A stretch of 64,000 nt of DNA from a virus. Numbering within the stretch: position 1 is the first letter of the stretch; the number at the start of each line of letters is the position of its first letter. Position numbers and translations under genes: made by a program. This document shows positions 10,320 through 20,847 of the stretch, one piece after another. The stretch lies in the IMG/VR virus record IMGVR_UViG_3300023174_000003, positions 1 to 64,000 of that record; one strand, given 5' to 3'. Under the pieces are notes generated by a model. It made no database searches. It was given only the letters and a program-made list of their open reading frames with translations, and was not told the DNA's origin.

Positions 10320-10894
10320 GTAACAATTTCCTTAGGTTGATCCTGGTACTTACCATTGCGATCTTCGTAGGTTGTACCACAGGGATTTCCCTTGAAGAAC
10401 ATCAGTTGAATGATGCCTTCATTGGCATAAATACGGTTAAACAATGGTGTGGCATTACTAATCTCAAGGGTCAGATGGCCTTCCCACCGGGCTTCTGCTG
10501 GTGTGATATTTGTAATAATCCCTGATCGGGCATAGGTGCTTTTCCCCATTGCAATAACTGTTACATCTTCAGGAAGTGAGATGCGCTCTTCTGCTACCGC
10601 TAGGCAATATCCATAAGGAGGAATAAGAAAATATTCTCCACGCTCATCTTTAAGTAGTTCAGTGGGACGCAAGATTTCTTGGTTGAAATTCTTAGGGTCA
10701 GTTTCACCTACATCAATACGACCAAAGACAAGGCATTGCATAGGTGATAACCTGATGTCATACCCATAAGAACCTAAGCCGTAACTAAGGACACGTCGAC
10801 CATCCTCCTCTCTAACAATACGGTCCACAAATGGCTCAATCATGCCATGGTTCAAGGCAAGTTCTTTGATTTCTAGGTCGCAGAGAAGGGTCAT
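10307..10894 (-). CDS. dcd: dCTP deaminase
   Basis: SYGLGSYGYDIRL, GKSTYARSGI, EARWEGHLTLEISN, YANEGIIQ, GKYQDQ. Confidence 0.95.
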   Translation of the reverse strand: MTLLCDLEIKELALNHGMIEPFVDRIVREEDGRRVLSYGLGSYGYDIRLSPMQCLVFGRIDVGETDPKNFNQEILRPTELLKDERGEYFLIPPYGYCLAVAEERISLPEDVTVIAMGKSTYARSGIITNITPAEARWEGHLTLEISNATPLFNRIYANEGIIQLMFFKGNPCGTTYEDRNGKYQDQPKEIVTCRV

Positions 10895-10927
10895 CTGTGG
10901 GTTTCAGTCCTACTCAGTGTACCCTAC

Positions 10928-11512
10928 TTAACAAAGAATCCGACCTTTCTCAGAGTAAATATCAATAAATCTTTGTGTTGCCGCAGATGCGTCATCTTGT
11001 GGCTGAAGGTACACCACAAGTGAGGTACAGGTACGTTGTGTGCTGATTCCCTCACTTGAAAATTTAACCAGCTCTGGGCACGTCTTAAGGATACAGACAG
11101 GAAAATCAAATATTTTTTGCTCGTACCTGATCATGTCAGGACAGTTGGTAAAGTATAAACCCTGCTCAATTTCTTTATTTAGCCAGGCACGATACAACCT
11201 ATGGAACCACACCGCGTGAGATGACGTTATTGCAGTAGCGTTAGAGCGTGTCATTTTCCATTTATCTAAACGCTTGTCAAAGTAATATGAACCACTAGGA
11301 GGAAACACGTAGACTTTTCCAAACCATTCAATGTGATTCAGTCCATCATCCTGAGGCGTATAGAAGTTAGTGGCTTCTACATACGTATTGGCTAGCTTGG
11401 AGCTAGCAGCATCAAGATCAATTTCCCCCAGAAGACTGTGTGCTGCTGTGACCAGGTCTGCATTTGTAATAAGCTCCTGGTCCTCTTTACGCATATTAAA
11501 GTTGACGCCCAT
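10928..11512 (-). CDS. phage Dam-type DNA N6-adenine methyltransferase homologue with altered motif IV
   Basis: IDLDAASS..AN..V.A..FYT..DDGL...W.G.VYVFPPS (canonical NPPY). Confidence 0.7.
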   Translation of the reverse strand: MGVNFNMRKEDQELITNADLVTAAHSLLGEIDLDAASSKLANTYVEATNFYTPQDDGLNHIEWFGKVYVFPPSGSYYFDKRLDKWKMTRSNATAITSSHAVWFHRLYRAWLNKEIEQGLYFTNCPDMIRYEQKIFDFPVCILKTCPELVKFSSEGISTQRTCTSLVVYLQPQDDASAATQRFIDIYSEKGRILC

Positions 11513-11895
11513 TATTCTGTCACCTGGTTGTAGTTGATTTCAAAATAGCGTAAACCATTATGATCATTAATGATGTACCCAGCCTTTTCCGCAGGATCAA
11601 TCTTCTGAGCAGCATTTAAGATACGACGGAAGCTTTCGGCAAGATCATCATTATTAACTTCTTCACATTCTTCTTGTGCCTCATGCAATTCCCCAAGGGT
11701 CCAATAGAACATGCTTCGATCTTCCAGCTGAGGTTGGAATACCATGACCCCAGGACCTTCTTTGTCCCAGAACTCAAGATACATTTGACCCATGTCACCG
11801 AGGACAAAACGTACGGTCGTATCTAGAATCTTTGCTTTCTCAGGGGAATAATCCTTATCAAGCAGATTGGCTAGTAGGTCTTCTCGTCTAGTCAT
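11512..11895 (-). CDS. hypothetical protein
   Basis: ORF in operon. Confidence 0.65.
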   Translation of the reverse strand: MTRREDLLANLLDKDYSPEKAKILDTTVRFVLGDMGQMYLEFWDKEGPGVMVFQPQLEDRSMFYWTLGELHEAQEECEEVNNDDLAESFRRILNAAQKIDPAEKAGYIINDHNGLRYFEINYNQVTE

Positions 11896-12404
11896 GGTTG
11901 AATAAGTCCTTGTTTAGTAAGAGATTCAAGCAACTTGGGAAGCGGCTGGTACACACAGACCATCTTACCGATGATGCCTCGTTTTTTTACGAGGTTTCCA
12001 CTGTCATCTTTTAGTTTATTAAATTCTTTAGCCCGAATCAAGTACTCAGCAACACACCTTAATCTTCTCTTGAGAGATAGTTCAGCTTGCGGGAACCTAC
12101 CGCAGATTGTATCAGGTGTCATGTCAGCAAACGCTAACCGTAATCTATTGGCAAGGGTCATGCTTGAATTAGCGTCCTCTTCCTCGTAATCTCTAATGTT
12201 TAACAGATACCGCTGGAGGCATCCGTCATCAAAAGAACCAAAGGGAGGTAGGAAGAGGGTAACTTGTTTTGCTATAATACTCGGGAGTAATTGAGAATAA
12301 TTCTCAAGAGTGACGGTTGTTACGTCTAGGTCTTCTATTAGATGGGTCATATCACAAGTGGGCGCTGTGCTTGTAGACATACATGGTCTTATTTCGTAGA
12401 TCAC
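11892..12404 (-). CDS. hypothetical protein
   Basis: ORF in operon; true start probably the internal MTHL. Confidence 0.65.
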   Translation of the reverse strand: MIYEIRPCMSTSTAPTCDMTHLIEDLDVTTVTLENYSQLLPSIIAKQVTLFLPPFGSFDDGCLQRYLLNIRDYEEEDANSSMTLANRLRLAFADMTPDTICGRFPQAELSLKRRLRCVAEYLIRAKEFNKLKDDSGNLVKKRGIIGKMVCVYQPLPKLLESLTKQGLIQP

Positions 12405-12759
12405 TGGGTTCTACTGGTCGATCTTTGGAAAACGACCGGACTAATTCATTCCAAGGAATACGAATAACTGCTTTGCCACTAGCGCGAGGACAAATATTAA
12501 TATAGTGTATACCTTCTACCCACCCTGTGCCGCCTTTAGTTTTTGCTTTGCTAATCCAATTTCTAATTGTTTGATCAGAAATGCTAAGGCGCCTGGCACA
12601 TTCTTCTGTTGAAATATATTCGTCAGCGTACATCTCAGGATTCATCAGGTCCGTTTCTTCGGTTTTGTAACGAGAATGCCACATTGACCCTAGGATAGTT
12701 TTGATGCCTTTTAATTCAACGGCAATATCCTCAAGACTTTTTCTAAGACCGTGTTGCAT
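12352..12759 (-). CDS. HTH DNA-binding protein
   Basis: YISTEECARRLSISDQTIRNWI...W.EG.HY. Confidence 0.8.
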   Translation of the reverse strand: MQHGLRKSLEDIAVELKGIKTILGSMWHSRYKTEETDLMNPEMYADEYISTEECARRLSISDQTIRNWISKAKTKGGTGWVEGIHYINICPRASGKAVIRIPWNELVRSFSKDRPVEPSDLRNKTMYVYKHSAHL

Positions 12760-12803
12760 GGTGTCAATATATCTTTTTTTATGCTAGCTTTAAAACAAGC
12801 AGA

Positions 12804-13145
12804 TTGTTACCCATGGAAGAAAATCAAGTTCCCGCTAGCACACCCCCGCAAATGCCACAGATTCCTGAAGGGTATATTTCTCCAGAAATCCTGGAACAAC
12901 TCAAAGCACAAGCTCGTGCTCAAGCTATTCAGGCAACACTGAATCAAAGTGTACCCCCTGCTACCGTGCGTCCAGCACCTAGGCCTACCCCTGCCCCTGA
13001 TAGGGTTGTCTACGTTCGTCGCAATCTGACCGTAGCAGAATTGATTATTGTATTTATGCTTTCTTGTGGCCTGGTACTAGGTATTCAAGGTGGTTGGCAC
13101 CTGGCAAATAATCTTCCCCGCATTGAAGTGAAGTGGAATAAGTAA
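12804..13145 (+). CDS. membrane-anchored hypothetical protein
   Basis: Pro-rich N-terminus and a C-terminal hydrophobic helix. Confidence 0.6.
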   Translation: MLPMEENQVPASTPPQMPQIPEGYISPEILEQLKAQARAQAIQATLNQSVPPATVRPAPRPTPAPDRVVYVRRNLTVAELIIVFMLSCGLVLGIQGGWHLANNLPRIEVKWNK

Positions 13146-13187
13146 AAAGGATTTATAATCTTAATAGGGGAATTTGTTGACTATTAA

Positions 13188-15599
13188 ATGGCTAATAGAA
13201 GGATATCCGAACTACCAAGCATAGAAGGTAATCAGGTAGGTGAACAGGACCTGTTTACCTTGGTGCACGTATTTGAAGTTGATCCTAGTTTAAAAAATAA
13301 AAAAATTACCATATCAGGTTACAAGGATTACCTGAATACTTATTATTTAACAGCTACTGGCGGGACTTTGTATGGGTCTTTAGATATACAGAATAATTTA
13401 ACAGTTCAAGGCACTGCAAATATATCTGGTATTACTACGTCAGGTAGTTCAATTTTTTCTACTATTATTGTTCAAACCACTGCAACAGTCTCTGGTACTA
13501 TCAGTGGTGCCACAATTACAGGTAATAATTTAAACGTATCTAATGCTCTGATTGGTACAGGGAATTTTACCTTAGCCAGTGGGACTACAGCTAATTTTGT
13601 CACGTTGTCTGGCACAACTATTACCGGCGGCACGATAAACGTAACAACAACTAATATCACTTCAGGTATATTTGCTGCTGGCAGTGCTGCCGCACCATCA
13701 ATTGCCTTTACCGGCGACACGGATACAGGCATATATAGCACTGGTGCAAACCAACTAGCCATCTCAACTAATGGCACGGGGCGGCTGTTTGTTGATGCGA
13801 CAGGTGTAGTTGTATCGGGTACGTTAAGTAGAAACGGATTTAATGTCGTAACTGTCGGTGATGTTGGAACTGTAACTAGCACAATGATTGCTAGTGGTAC
13901 AATCATCGATGCTAATGTCAATATAAGCGGAGCTATTAATGCGACTAAGTTAAACTTCTTGCAAGCTGGCACTGGTGCAACAGCAAGGACCGTTGATTCC
14001 AAACTTAAGGAGGTTGTGTCCGTCAAGGACTTTGGAGCGGTAGGGGATGGAGTAGCTGATGACACAGCAGCTATTCAGGCCGCACTAAATTACGGTGCAA
14101 CTGGAGGCTATACCGTTACCGCTGCTGGCACTTTTAAGATTTCCAGCAAAGTAACAATTAAAGGAAATGCCGATTTTTCTAATGCAATTTTCAACGTTTA
14201 CAGCACTCCGGCCATTGCCCTAGAAATTTCCACGGGTAATGCTTCCAATCCAACCACAATACTTTATAACGCTGTAATCTACCTGCCTAAGGTTTTAAAT
14301 AATACAACTAAACCAGCAACTGGTTGGGTTGGTCAAGGAATTGGTGTTCGTACTGTCAACACTCATTCATGTCAAATCTTTTTTGGAAGAATCGTAGGAT
14401 TTGATACTGGAATTTTGTGTACTGCCTATAATACAGGAAATGTATTTACCACTCATTATTTAGGTGTTATTGAAAATAATAAACAGAATTTACGACTTGA
14501 GCCAGGTAATAGCGCTGGGTGGGTTAACTCAAATACATATATTGGTGGGGCATTAAAGTATTACTCAAGTGAAGGCGTCCGCGTAGCCGGGGCATATCAT
14601 ATTAACATTGAGAACAGTGTAACCATTTGCAATCATCACTTATTCTTAAATATAAGTGTCGAAAGTGACGTGCCCGAATACAATCTTCGTTGTGCTGGTA
14701 GTTATAACATATTTCAACAACTGCGTTGGGAGACCACTGGATTGCCGATGAGGGTTTTATTTTTTGGTACTAATGCCAATCATGGAACCAGGAACATGAT
14801 TCTCGGTGGATATGATATTGAGGCGCTTGAAGTTACATATTCTGGCACTACTGGCCTAAATAATGTACTTTTTGGGGCTGCAACAACAGTATTTGAAACA
14901 GGATCAGGTGGAGTTCCCCTTCGCTACCAAAACGTTTCATCAGCTGGTTCGCCTATCCGAAGATTTTACTCAACAACGCCGGGCGCACCTTGGGCAAATG
15001 GATCAGATTGGACAGTTTCTGAAAGTGCAATTGCGTTAGAAGGCAAACAACCTGGAGATACTTACCCACGAATTAAATTAGATTATACAAACGGTAGATT
15101 GTATGTTGGGAATGCAGCTGTAGCTTTGGCTATGTATTTTGAATCTTTGGGTTCAATTGCACTTGGAGCTTCTGCTAATTTCTGCCCAATAACTCAAAAC
15201 AACCTTAGCTTGGGTATAGACAACTACCGTTGGTCAACTGCTTATCTTTTTACCGCTCCTATCGTTACCTCTGATCAAAAGAATAAGCAAGATATTTCAA
15301 GTTTAGATGATGCTGAGCATCGTGTTGCTGTAGCCCTGAAGGGTTTAATTAAAAAGTTTCGGCTTAAAGATTCCGTACAAACCAAGGGCGATGAAGCTCG
15401 TATCCATATAGGTGTAATTGCTCAAGAGGTAATCGCAGCATTTCAAAGCGAAAGCTTAAACCCGTTTCGCTATGGCATGGTTTGCCACGATGAATGGGAT
15501 GCCACGTTTGACGAAAGTGGTTCTGAAATTTCTCCCGCTGGTGAAATCTATAGCATCCGCTACGAAGAACTATTGGCCTTTATTATTTCGGCCCTCTAA
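13188..15599 (+). CDS. tail fibre/spike with beta-helix (pectate-lyase-like) domain and C-terminal S74-type chaperone
   Basis: VSVKDFGAVGDGVADDTAAIQAA; TSD...KQDI...HIGVIAQEV...YSIRYEELLAF. Confidence 0.9.
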   Translation: MANRRISELPSIEGNQVGEQDLFTLVHVFEVDPSLKNKKITISGYKDYLNTYYLTATGGTLYGSLDIQNNLTVQGTANISGITTSGSSIFSTIIVQTTATVSGTISGATITGNNLNVSNALIGTGNFTLASGTTANFVTLSGTTITGGTINVTTTNITSGIFAAGSAAAPSIAFTGDTDTGIYSTGANQLAISTNGTGRLFVDATGVVVSGTLSRNGFNVVTVGDVGTVTSTMIASGTIIDANVNISGAINATKLNFLQAGTGATARTVDSKLKEVVSVKDFGAVGDGVADDTAAIQAALNYGATGGYTVTAAGTFKISSKVTIKGNADFSNAIFNVYSTPAIALEISTGNASNPTTILYNAVIYLPKVLNNTTKPATGWVGQGIGVRTVNTHSCQIFFGRIVGFDTGILCTAYNTGNVFTTHYLGVIENNKQNLRLEPGNSAGWVNSNTYIGGALKYYSSEGVRVAGAYHINIENSVTICNHHLFLNISVESDVPEYNLRCAGSYNIFQQLRWETTGLPMRVLFFGTNANHGTRNMILGGYDIEALEVTYSGTTGLNNVLFGAATTVFETGSGGVPLRYQNVSSAGSPIRRFYSTTPGAPWANGSDWTVSESAIALEGKQPGDTYPRIKLDYTNGRLYVGNAAVALAMYFESLGSIALGASANFCPITQNNLSLGIDNYRWSTAYLFTAPIVTSDQKNKQDISSLDDAEHRVAVALKGLIKKFRLKDSVQTKGDEARIHIGVIAQEVIAAFQSESLNPFRYGMVCHDEWDATFDESGSEISPAGEIYSIRYEELLAFIISAL

Positions 15600-15663
15600 T
15601 GACTTACCAACTCTCACCCGCCCTTAGGGGCAGCCCAGCAACCCCTACCCCCGGTGACCTCCA

Positions 15664-16008
15664 ATGACAAAACCACGCGACCTAGCCACCCTTGGTGGTG
15701 GCTTTACTCAATCAGGAACAGGCGCGATCCAGCGTACTGTTGAGAATAAACTGAAGGATACTGTTAGCGTTAAGGATTTTGGGGCTGTGGGGGATGGGGG
15801 GCGCTAAAATAGATCGAAGACAAGCGCCGACCATGGACCCCGGCACCCTCGCTTTACAGGAACTACGGCAACCTTCCTAAATATCACTGGCAGTACCCTA
15901 GCTCTTACCGCAGGATCAGGTTCTACACCAGCCCTTGTTTGTTCTGGTGTGGTATCAGGTAATGCCGGTGGTTTTATAATCCAAGGTCCATTGATTATCC
16001 TTCCTTAA
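15664..16008 (+). pseudogene. tail-fibre remnants: N-terminal spike module, in-frame TAA at 15805-15807, then a T/G-rich fibre C-terminus
   Basis: MTKPRDLATLGGGFTQSGTGAIQRTVENKLKDTVSVKDFGAVGDGGR* followed by FTGTTATFLNITGST...QGPLIILP*. Confidence 0.7.
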
Positions 16009-16046
16009 TTTATACGGTAGAATTAAAGAAATAAGATTTCAAAAAC

Positions 16047-17366
16047 ATGGCTTACGGTACCATCAAAGTTGATAACATAATTTTTACTAACGGTGGTTCT
16101 GACCAGACCGTTACCGTATCAGGCATTGTTGCTTCTACTTCAGGTAATCTAACGGTTACAGGAACTATTTCTGGCGGTACTGTCAAAGGTACATACGGCT
16201 CTTTTACAAGTCTGACGGGTGTTACAACTTCTGGTACCACAGCTAATTTTACTAACGTAAACGCTCAAAATATTGGTGTAACAACTTCATTAAGCGGGCT
16301 TGCTATTACAGGGGGTACAGCAGGTTTTACTACTGTTACTGGTACAACTGTCACAGGAACCACTGCTAATTTTGTTACAGTATCAGGCACAACTATAACC
16401 GGTAATACAGGCAGCTTTCAAACAATCACGGGTAATACTGCAGGCTTTACCACTATTACAGGTACTACCATAACGGGCACAACGGCTAATTTTGTCACGT
16501 TATCTGGTACTGCCGATGCAACAATTTACAACGTACGTATTGGACGCGGTGCAGGTGCGCAGAACAGTAACACGGTAGTAGGTAATCTTGCGCTAAATGT
16601 CAACACCACTGGCTTTCAAAATACAGCAGTTGGCGCTAATGTACTGCGCGTTAACAATGATGGTAATTACAATACTGGGGTTGGGTTGGACGCGCTTTAC
16701 AGCAACACCAACGGTAGCGCAAACGTTGCCATGGGATTAAATGCTCTTCGCGCTAACACTACCGGCGAGGGCAATACTGCTATTGGGGTAAATACTTTAC
16801 TTGTCAATGTAGGCGGCAATTACAATACTGCCATTGGACAAAACGCTCTTACTGCTAATACTGCTGGCATCAATAATACTGCCATTGGAATTAATGCTCT
16901 TGCCTCTAATGTTAGCGGCAGTTATAACGTTGGAATTGGCCCTGGCGTATCGTCGAGTAGCAGCACAGTCAGCAATGAAGTAAACATTTACAATGGTAGT
17001 ATTACTGCGCGGTTCCAAGGCGCAGCATCCGCATGGAATTTTGTGTCAGATGCGCGAGATAAAACAGACATTCTAGACTTAACGTTAGGGCTAGAGTTTA
17101 TATCGGCATTGAAACCTCGTAGGTTCAAATGGAATCTACGTCATACTGAGATTGACAAAGGTAAGCCTGCTGCTGGTTTTATTGCACAAGAATTGTTAGA
17201 AACAATTGAAGACTTTGATGCCTCTTATGTTAATCTTGTACATACTGACGACCCTGAACAATTTACTTTTGCCCAAGCTAACATGGTTCCTGTTTTAGTT
17301 AATGCTATACAAGAACTTAGTGCTATGGTAAAAGAGTTGCAATTAACAGTTTTAAAAAACACTTGA
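16047..17366 (+). CDS. tail fibre with T/G repeats, NTAxG repeats and S74-type chaperone
   Basis: GTTANF repeats, NTAIG.NAL repeats, SDARDK..I..L.LGL.FI..L.P..F.W..GFIAQE. Confidence 0.9.
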   Translation: MAYGTIKVDNIIFTNGGSDQTVTVSGIVASTSGNLTVTGTISGGTVKGTYGSFTSLTGVTTSGTTANFTNVNAQNIGVTTSLSGLAITGGTAGFTTVTGTTVTGTTANFVTVSGTTITGNTGSFQTITGNTAGFTTITGTTITGTTANFVTLSGTADATIYNVRIGRGAGAQNSNTVVGNLALNVNTTGFQNTAVGANVLRVNNDGNYNTGVGLDALYSNTNGSANVAMGLNALRANTTGEGNTAIGVNTLLVNVGGNYNTAIGQNALTANTAGINNTAIGINALASNVSGSYNVGIGPGVSSSSSTVSNEVNIYNGSITARFQGAASAWNFVSDARDKTDILDLTLGLEFISALKPRRFKWNLRHTEIDKGKPAAGFIAQELLETIEDFDASYVNLVHTDDPEQFTFAQANMVPVLVNAIQELSAMVKELQLTVLKNT

Positions 17367-17381
17367 TTAATTTTTAAAATT

Positions 17382-18473
17382 ATGACAGGCAAACTTACGG
17401 ATGCAGCAAAGTTTTACAAAGGACTTAAACAACAAGATGAAGCATTTAACTACCTCGAATCTATTACACCTACAGATAAATTAGAAGAATTTTTTATTAA
17501 ATATCGTAGTGATGCACCAGTAGACACTACCTACATTAATAACTGGGAGGGTGTTGTAACAGCAGCCAAGGTCTCTGGTGCTAAATATCCAGAGTTAGTT
17601 GCAGCGCAATGGGCATTGGAATCAAACTGGGGAAAAGATGTCTCGGGTAAAAACAACTATTTTGGACTTAAAGGAACAGGCTCTGATCGATCTACACAAG
17701 AATTTGTTAACGGTAGTTGGATCACAATTGTTGATGGGTTTATTGATTTTCCTGACCTACGGACTTGTGTTGCCTACCTTGTTGATAGATGGTACAGAGA
17801 CTACAAGACCTACAAAGGTGTTAACAACGCACCAAATCGCAACGCAGCAGCAAATCAACTCAAAGAACAAGGCTATGCCACGGACCCTAATTACCCCACA
17901 AAGCTCATCCAAATAATGGACAATAAACTTGGTACGCCAGGCGGTAACGTTTCCAAATTAAATCCGTTGCCCGTACTTTACATGAGTCAACGGGATAATT
18001 ATCGTGACGCAAGTAGAACATGTTTTAGTTCCAGTTGTGCAATGATGTTGAAATACCTCAAACCAAAAGCTATTGCTGGTGATAACGACTACGTAAAAGT
18101 AGTCTTTAGCTATGGTGATAGCACTGATAGCACTGCTCAGTTAAAAACTTTATTTCACTTTGGTGTAGAAGCAAGGTTTAATACCAAGGCAACACCTGAA
18201 TTAATTAAAAAACAAATTGATAACAACAAACCTGTACCCGTAGGTTTCTTGCATCACGGCCCTGTTAATGCACCAAGTGGTAGTGGGCACTGGCTTTGTA
18301 TCACCGGATATGATTCCACTGGTTGGTGGGTGAATGATCCATGGGGTGAATGTAATTTAATCTCTGGTACTTACATAAATGAAAATGGTTCTAAATTGCA
18401 TTACAGTTATAAAAACTTTAACCCCCGTTGGTTGGTAGATGGACCAGCCTCAGGTTGGTGCATTATTGCTTGA
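17382..18473 (+). CDS. endolysin: GH73 glucosaminidase plus C39-like peptidase
   Basis: AAQWALESNWG..NNYFGLKG..GYATDPNY; CFSSSCAM..GHW.CITGY..VNDPWG. Confidence 0.88.
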   Translation: MTGKLTDAAKFYKGLKQQDEAFNYLESITPTDKLEEFFIKYRSDAPVDTTYINNWEGVVTAAKVSGAKYPELVAAQWALESNWGKDVSGKNNYFGLKGTGSDRSTQEFVNGSWITIVDGFIDFPDLRTCVAYLVDRWYRDYKTYKGVNNAPNRNAAANQLKEQGYATDPNYPTKLIQIMDNKLGTPGGNVSKLNPLPVLYMSQRDNYRDASRTCFSSSCAMMLKYLKPKAIAGDNDYVKVVFSYGDSTDSTAQLKTLFHFGVEARFNTKATPELIKKQIDNNKPVPVGFLHHGPVNAPSGSGHWLCITGYDSTGWWVNDPWGECNLISGTYINENGSKLHYSYKNFNPRWLVDGPASGWCIIA

Positions 18474-18867
18474 TGTAATGAAATAACAAAAGGTCGTAGT
18501 CAACATGCCAATTACTAGCTTCATGCCTGGTAAACCACTTGACATAACTATTAAACTGCTTAATCTTTTCTTTAGATTCACAAGCAAAGAATATACTATC
18601 ACCCAGTGGCAGCTCCTGGATCCATGCCCGTAATTGACGTATGGCAAATCCGTGGGGCAACAATCCGGAAGTACCAGATAGTTGACTTGATAATTTCTTT
18701 GCCCTTTTATTAGGTCTTTTGTTTAACCAATCATTAAGTTGGCGTTTACTTTTACTGCACCCAAATGAAAATAACCAGATGTAATTTTGATCTACTTTTG
18801 ACCAGGGCACAAGACGTACTTTAAATATTCCCTTGTTTGTCTTACAGGTCTTAACCTTGTATCTCAT
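18463..18867 (-). CDS. hypothetical protein
   Basis: ORF track. Confidence 0.6.
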   Translation of the reverse strand: MRYKVKTCKTNKGIFKVRLVPWSKVDQNYIWLFSFGCSKSKRQLNDWLNKRPNKRAKKLSSQLSGTSGLLPHGFAIRQLRAWIQELPLGDSIFFACESKEKIKQFNSYVKWFTRHEASNWHVDYDLLLFHYIKQ

Positions 18868-19787
18868 GAATTTGTAATAAGTGAATCAAATAATACAGGT
18901 AATGAATCTTCTGGGCTTCTTTCCCGCTTCCACGCAGCTAGCCAATCAGCACGTGAGTGTTCATGAACCGAGTTAAAATCATAAGAATCAGATGGTTCAA
19001 TAATAAAGAAATCACCGCCTGACAAGATGTTTACATCTCCAACAAGCCAGGTAGAGTTATCTGGTACTGTGACAGTAGCACCTGTTCCTATTGTAGCAAG
19101 TAACAAAGTATAGGCATTAAAACCTGAAGGAATTGTATAATTTGTATTAAATACTGGGCCAATGGTGATTGTATTTGTTTCATCAAACGTAGTCTCTGTT
19201 GCCAAAAAACTATTATCTAAATCTTCTAACAAAAGCAACATTTCCTCGGAAGGAAATTCAACTACAACACCCAAGGTATAGTTAAGTAATTCATTACGTG
19301 TAGTTGATACACATATCAAATAACTTCCTCTTTCTAAGGTGAAGTAAAGATCGTCACCTCTATCTAAACTATTTGGATTAAATGTATTATAACGATCAGA
19401 AGCCGCCCCCATTACGTGGTCATTGTAAGGGTGATGAGGAATTGAATAACCAAAAGAATCATCAACACTATCTTCTTGGAATATCATCCTCCCTTGTATG
19501 GGCCCTAAGTTCAGGTCATAAGCAGATATTTGAATGTAGTTAGGACGAGGTCCGCCCTTCTTTGTAATTAACCAACAAGGTGTCGTTACATCAACCTGGA
19601 ACCAATGATTGTATGTACCACCACCAATACCACCATTTGAATATTGATTTGTATCAGCACGTCCAACAACTTTAGTTAAAGGTCCAAGGGTACCCGTCAG
19701 CTCCCGCAAAGAAGTTTGGCTAAACGTACCTAAAACTAAAGGGTTTTTCTGGGTACGTTGACGTTGGGACTGGGATACCCTACTCAT
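18864..19787 (-). CDS. hypothetical protein
   Basis: 307-aa ORF. Confidence 0.7.
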   Translation of the reverse strand: MSRVSQSQRQRTQKNPLVLGTFSQTSLRELTGTLGPLTKVVGRADTNQYSNGGIGGGTYNHWFQVDVTTPCWLITKKGGPRPNYIQISAYDLNLGPIQGRMIFQEDSVDDSFGYSIPHHPYNDHVMGAASDRYNTFNPNSLDRGDDLYFTLERGSYLICVSTTRNELLNYTLGVVVEFPSEEMLLLLEDLDNSFLATETTFDETNTITIGPVFNTNYTIPSGFNAYTLLLATIGTGATVTVPDNSTWLVGDVNILSGGDFFIIEPSDSYDFNSVHEHSRADWLAAWKRERSPEDSLPVLFDSLITNS

Positions 19788-19801
19788 TTATAATTGTTGT
19801 T

Positions 19802-20494
19802 TTATTCATTGTACTCTGAATTCTCAACCACATCCAGTGGATGAGCAATGGTTGACTTCATGTCTTTACGGATTAGTGTTTGAATATTATCTCTTAGTCT
19901 GGTCTGACCAAATAACATAAGTTGCGCTGCATCAAATTCTGTAATAAACGGAGTAATTGACGCAGGTGGTGTTTTACGGTTCCAGCTGGATACCAGATGT
20001 AAAGGATTGACACAATCTTTGGTGCCACACCAACGGGTGACAGTAAGATTACCTACGTCTCCCCAGGCGCAGTGGTAGATTGCTTTGTGGAACGAAATGT
20101 TTTCAGATTTTTGATTGCTGTAAAAAGAACGGTAAGAAGGAAAGCAAACTCTCCCTAGATTTTTACTGTTGTAAGTCTCAGCTGTCCAACAGTCAGACCA
20201 TCCTTCTGGCTCAACACGCTTCCAAAGTTGAAGAAATTTTACCTTATAGTCTTCATGTATGAAATTAATATTGAAACCACAATTGTTAGAAAGAATTTTT
20301 TCTACACAGTGGTAACACCAATGGTTCTCCATATCTCTAATGAAGTGATTGTGAGGACATTGGAACCCCTTGTAGTACCCTTGTTCTTCTAATGCTTCAG
20401 TCTCAAGTGAGTCTATGTTTGATAGGTAGCGGAAATTGGTTTGAGTCACAACAGTCCTAAGGGTTTTTGTGGGACGTAGCCTAAGGTTTGCCAT
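19802..20494 (-). CDS. His-Cys/HNH-related Zn-binding protein
   Basis: CPHNH..WCYHC; CW; FHK..Y..WG; RWCGTKDCVNPLHL. Confidence 0.65.
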   Translation of the reverse strand: MANLRLRPTKTLRTVVTQTNFRYLSNIDSLETEALEEQGYYKGFQCPHNHFIRDMENHWCYHCVEKILSNNCGFNINFIHEDYKVKFLQLWKRVEPEGWSDCWTAETYNSKNLGRVCFPSYRSFYSNQKSENISFHKAIYHCAWGDVGNLTVTRWCGTKDCVNPLHLVSSWNRKTPPASITPFITEFDAAQLMLFGQTRLRDNIQTLIRKDMKSTIAHPLDVVENSEYNE

Positions 20495-20847
20495 TAGACA
20501 GCTACTGCCTCTACCTGGCGTTTGCGTGACCGTTTTGATGGTGTACGTACGTGTAGGACTAGCTCCTTCCTGTTGTCTTTCTCCTTGTTGCTAGGCCCGT
20601 AAAGAACATCTGCGTTACCTGGATCGGTGCCAGTACGTAGGTAGTACACAAGACGGTGCGCGTGGAACTGCTCGCCATTCATACGTACCAGGTAGTAGTC
20701 CCCAGGGGTGGTCCATTTGCCCGCCATATCCCCAATCCTGTGGTAGTACGCATCTTCTAGCCATTCCAGACCACTGGGATAGGCCTCGGAAAGTTTAAGT
20801 TTTGTCTCTACGCACCACAGAGGAAGCATTGGTTTGTAAGTGCGCAC
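20494..20847 (-). CDS. degenerate HNH-endonuclease-like protein
   Basis: L....AYPSGL.W..G..AG...YY.V..NG..F.AHRLVY; the HNH His is not evident (VLYG..NK.KDN). Confidence 0.55.
   Translation of the reverse strand: MRTYKPMLPLWCVETKLKLSEAYPSGLEWLEDAYYHRIGDMAGKWTTPGDYYLVRMNGEQFHAHRLVYYLRTGTDPGNADVLYGPSNKEKDNRKELVLHVRTPSKRSRKRQVEAVAV

Noticed and set aside
13472-14065. 197-aa antisense ORF (likewise 62699-63280 and other nested antisense ORFs)
   Set aside because: Shadows of Gly/Ala/Thr-rich sense genes with no independent signal
13188-17366. Diversity-generating retroelement or invertible tail-fibre switch
   Set aside because: No reverse transcriptase or invertase, and no adenine-specific TR/VR pair seen
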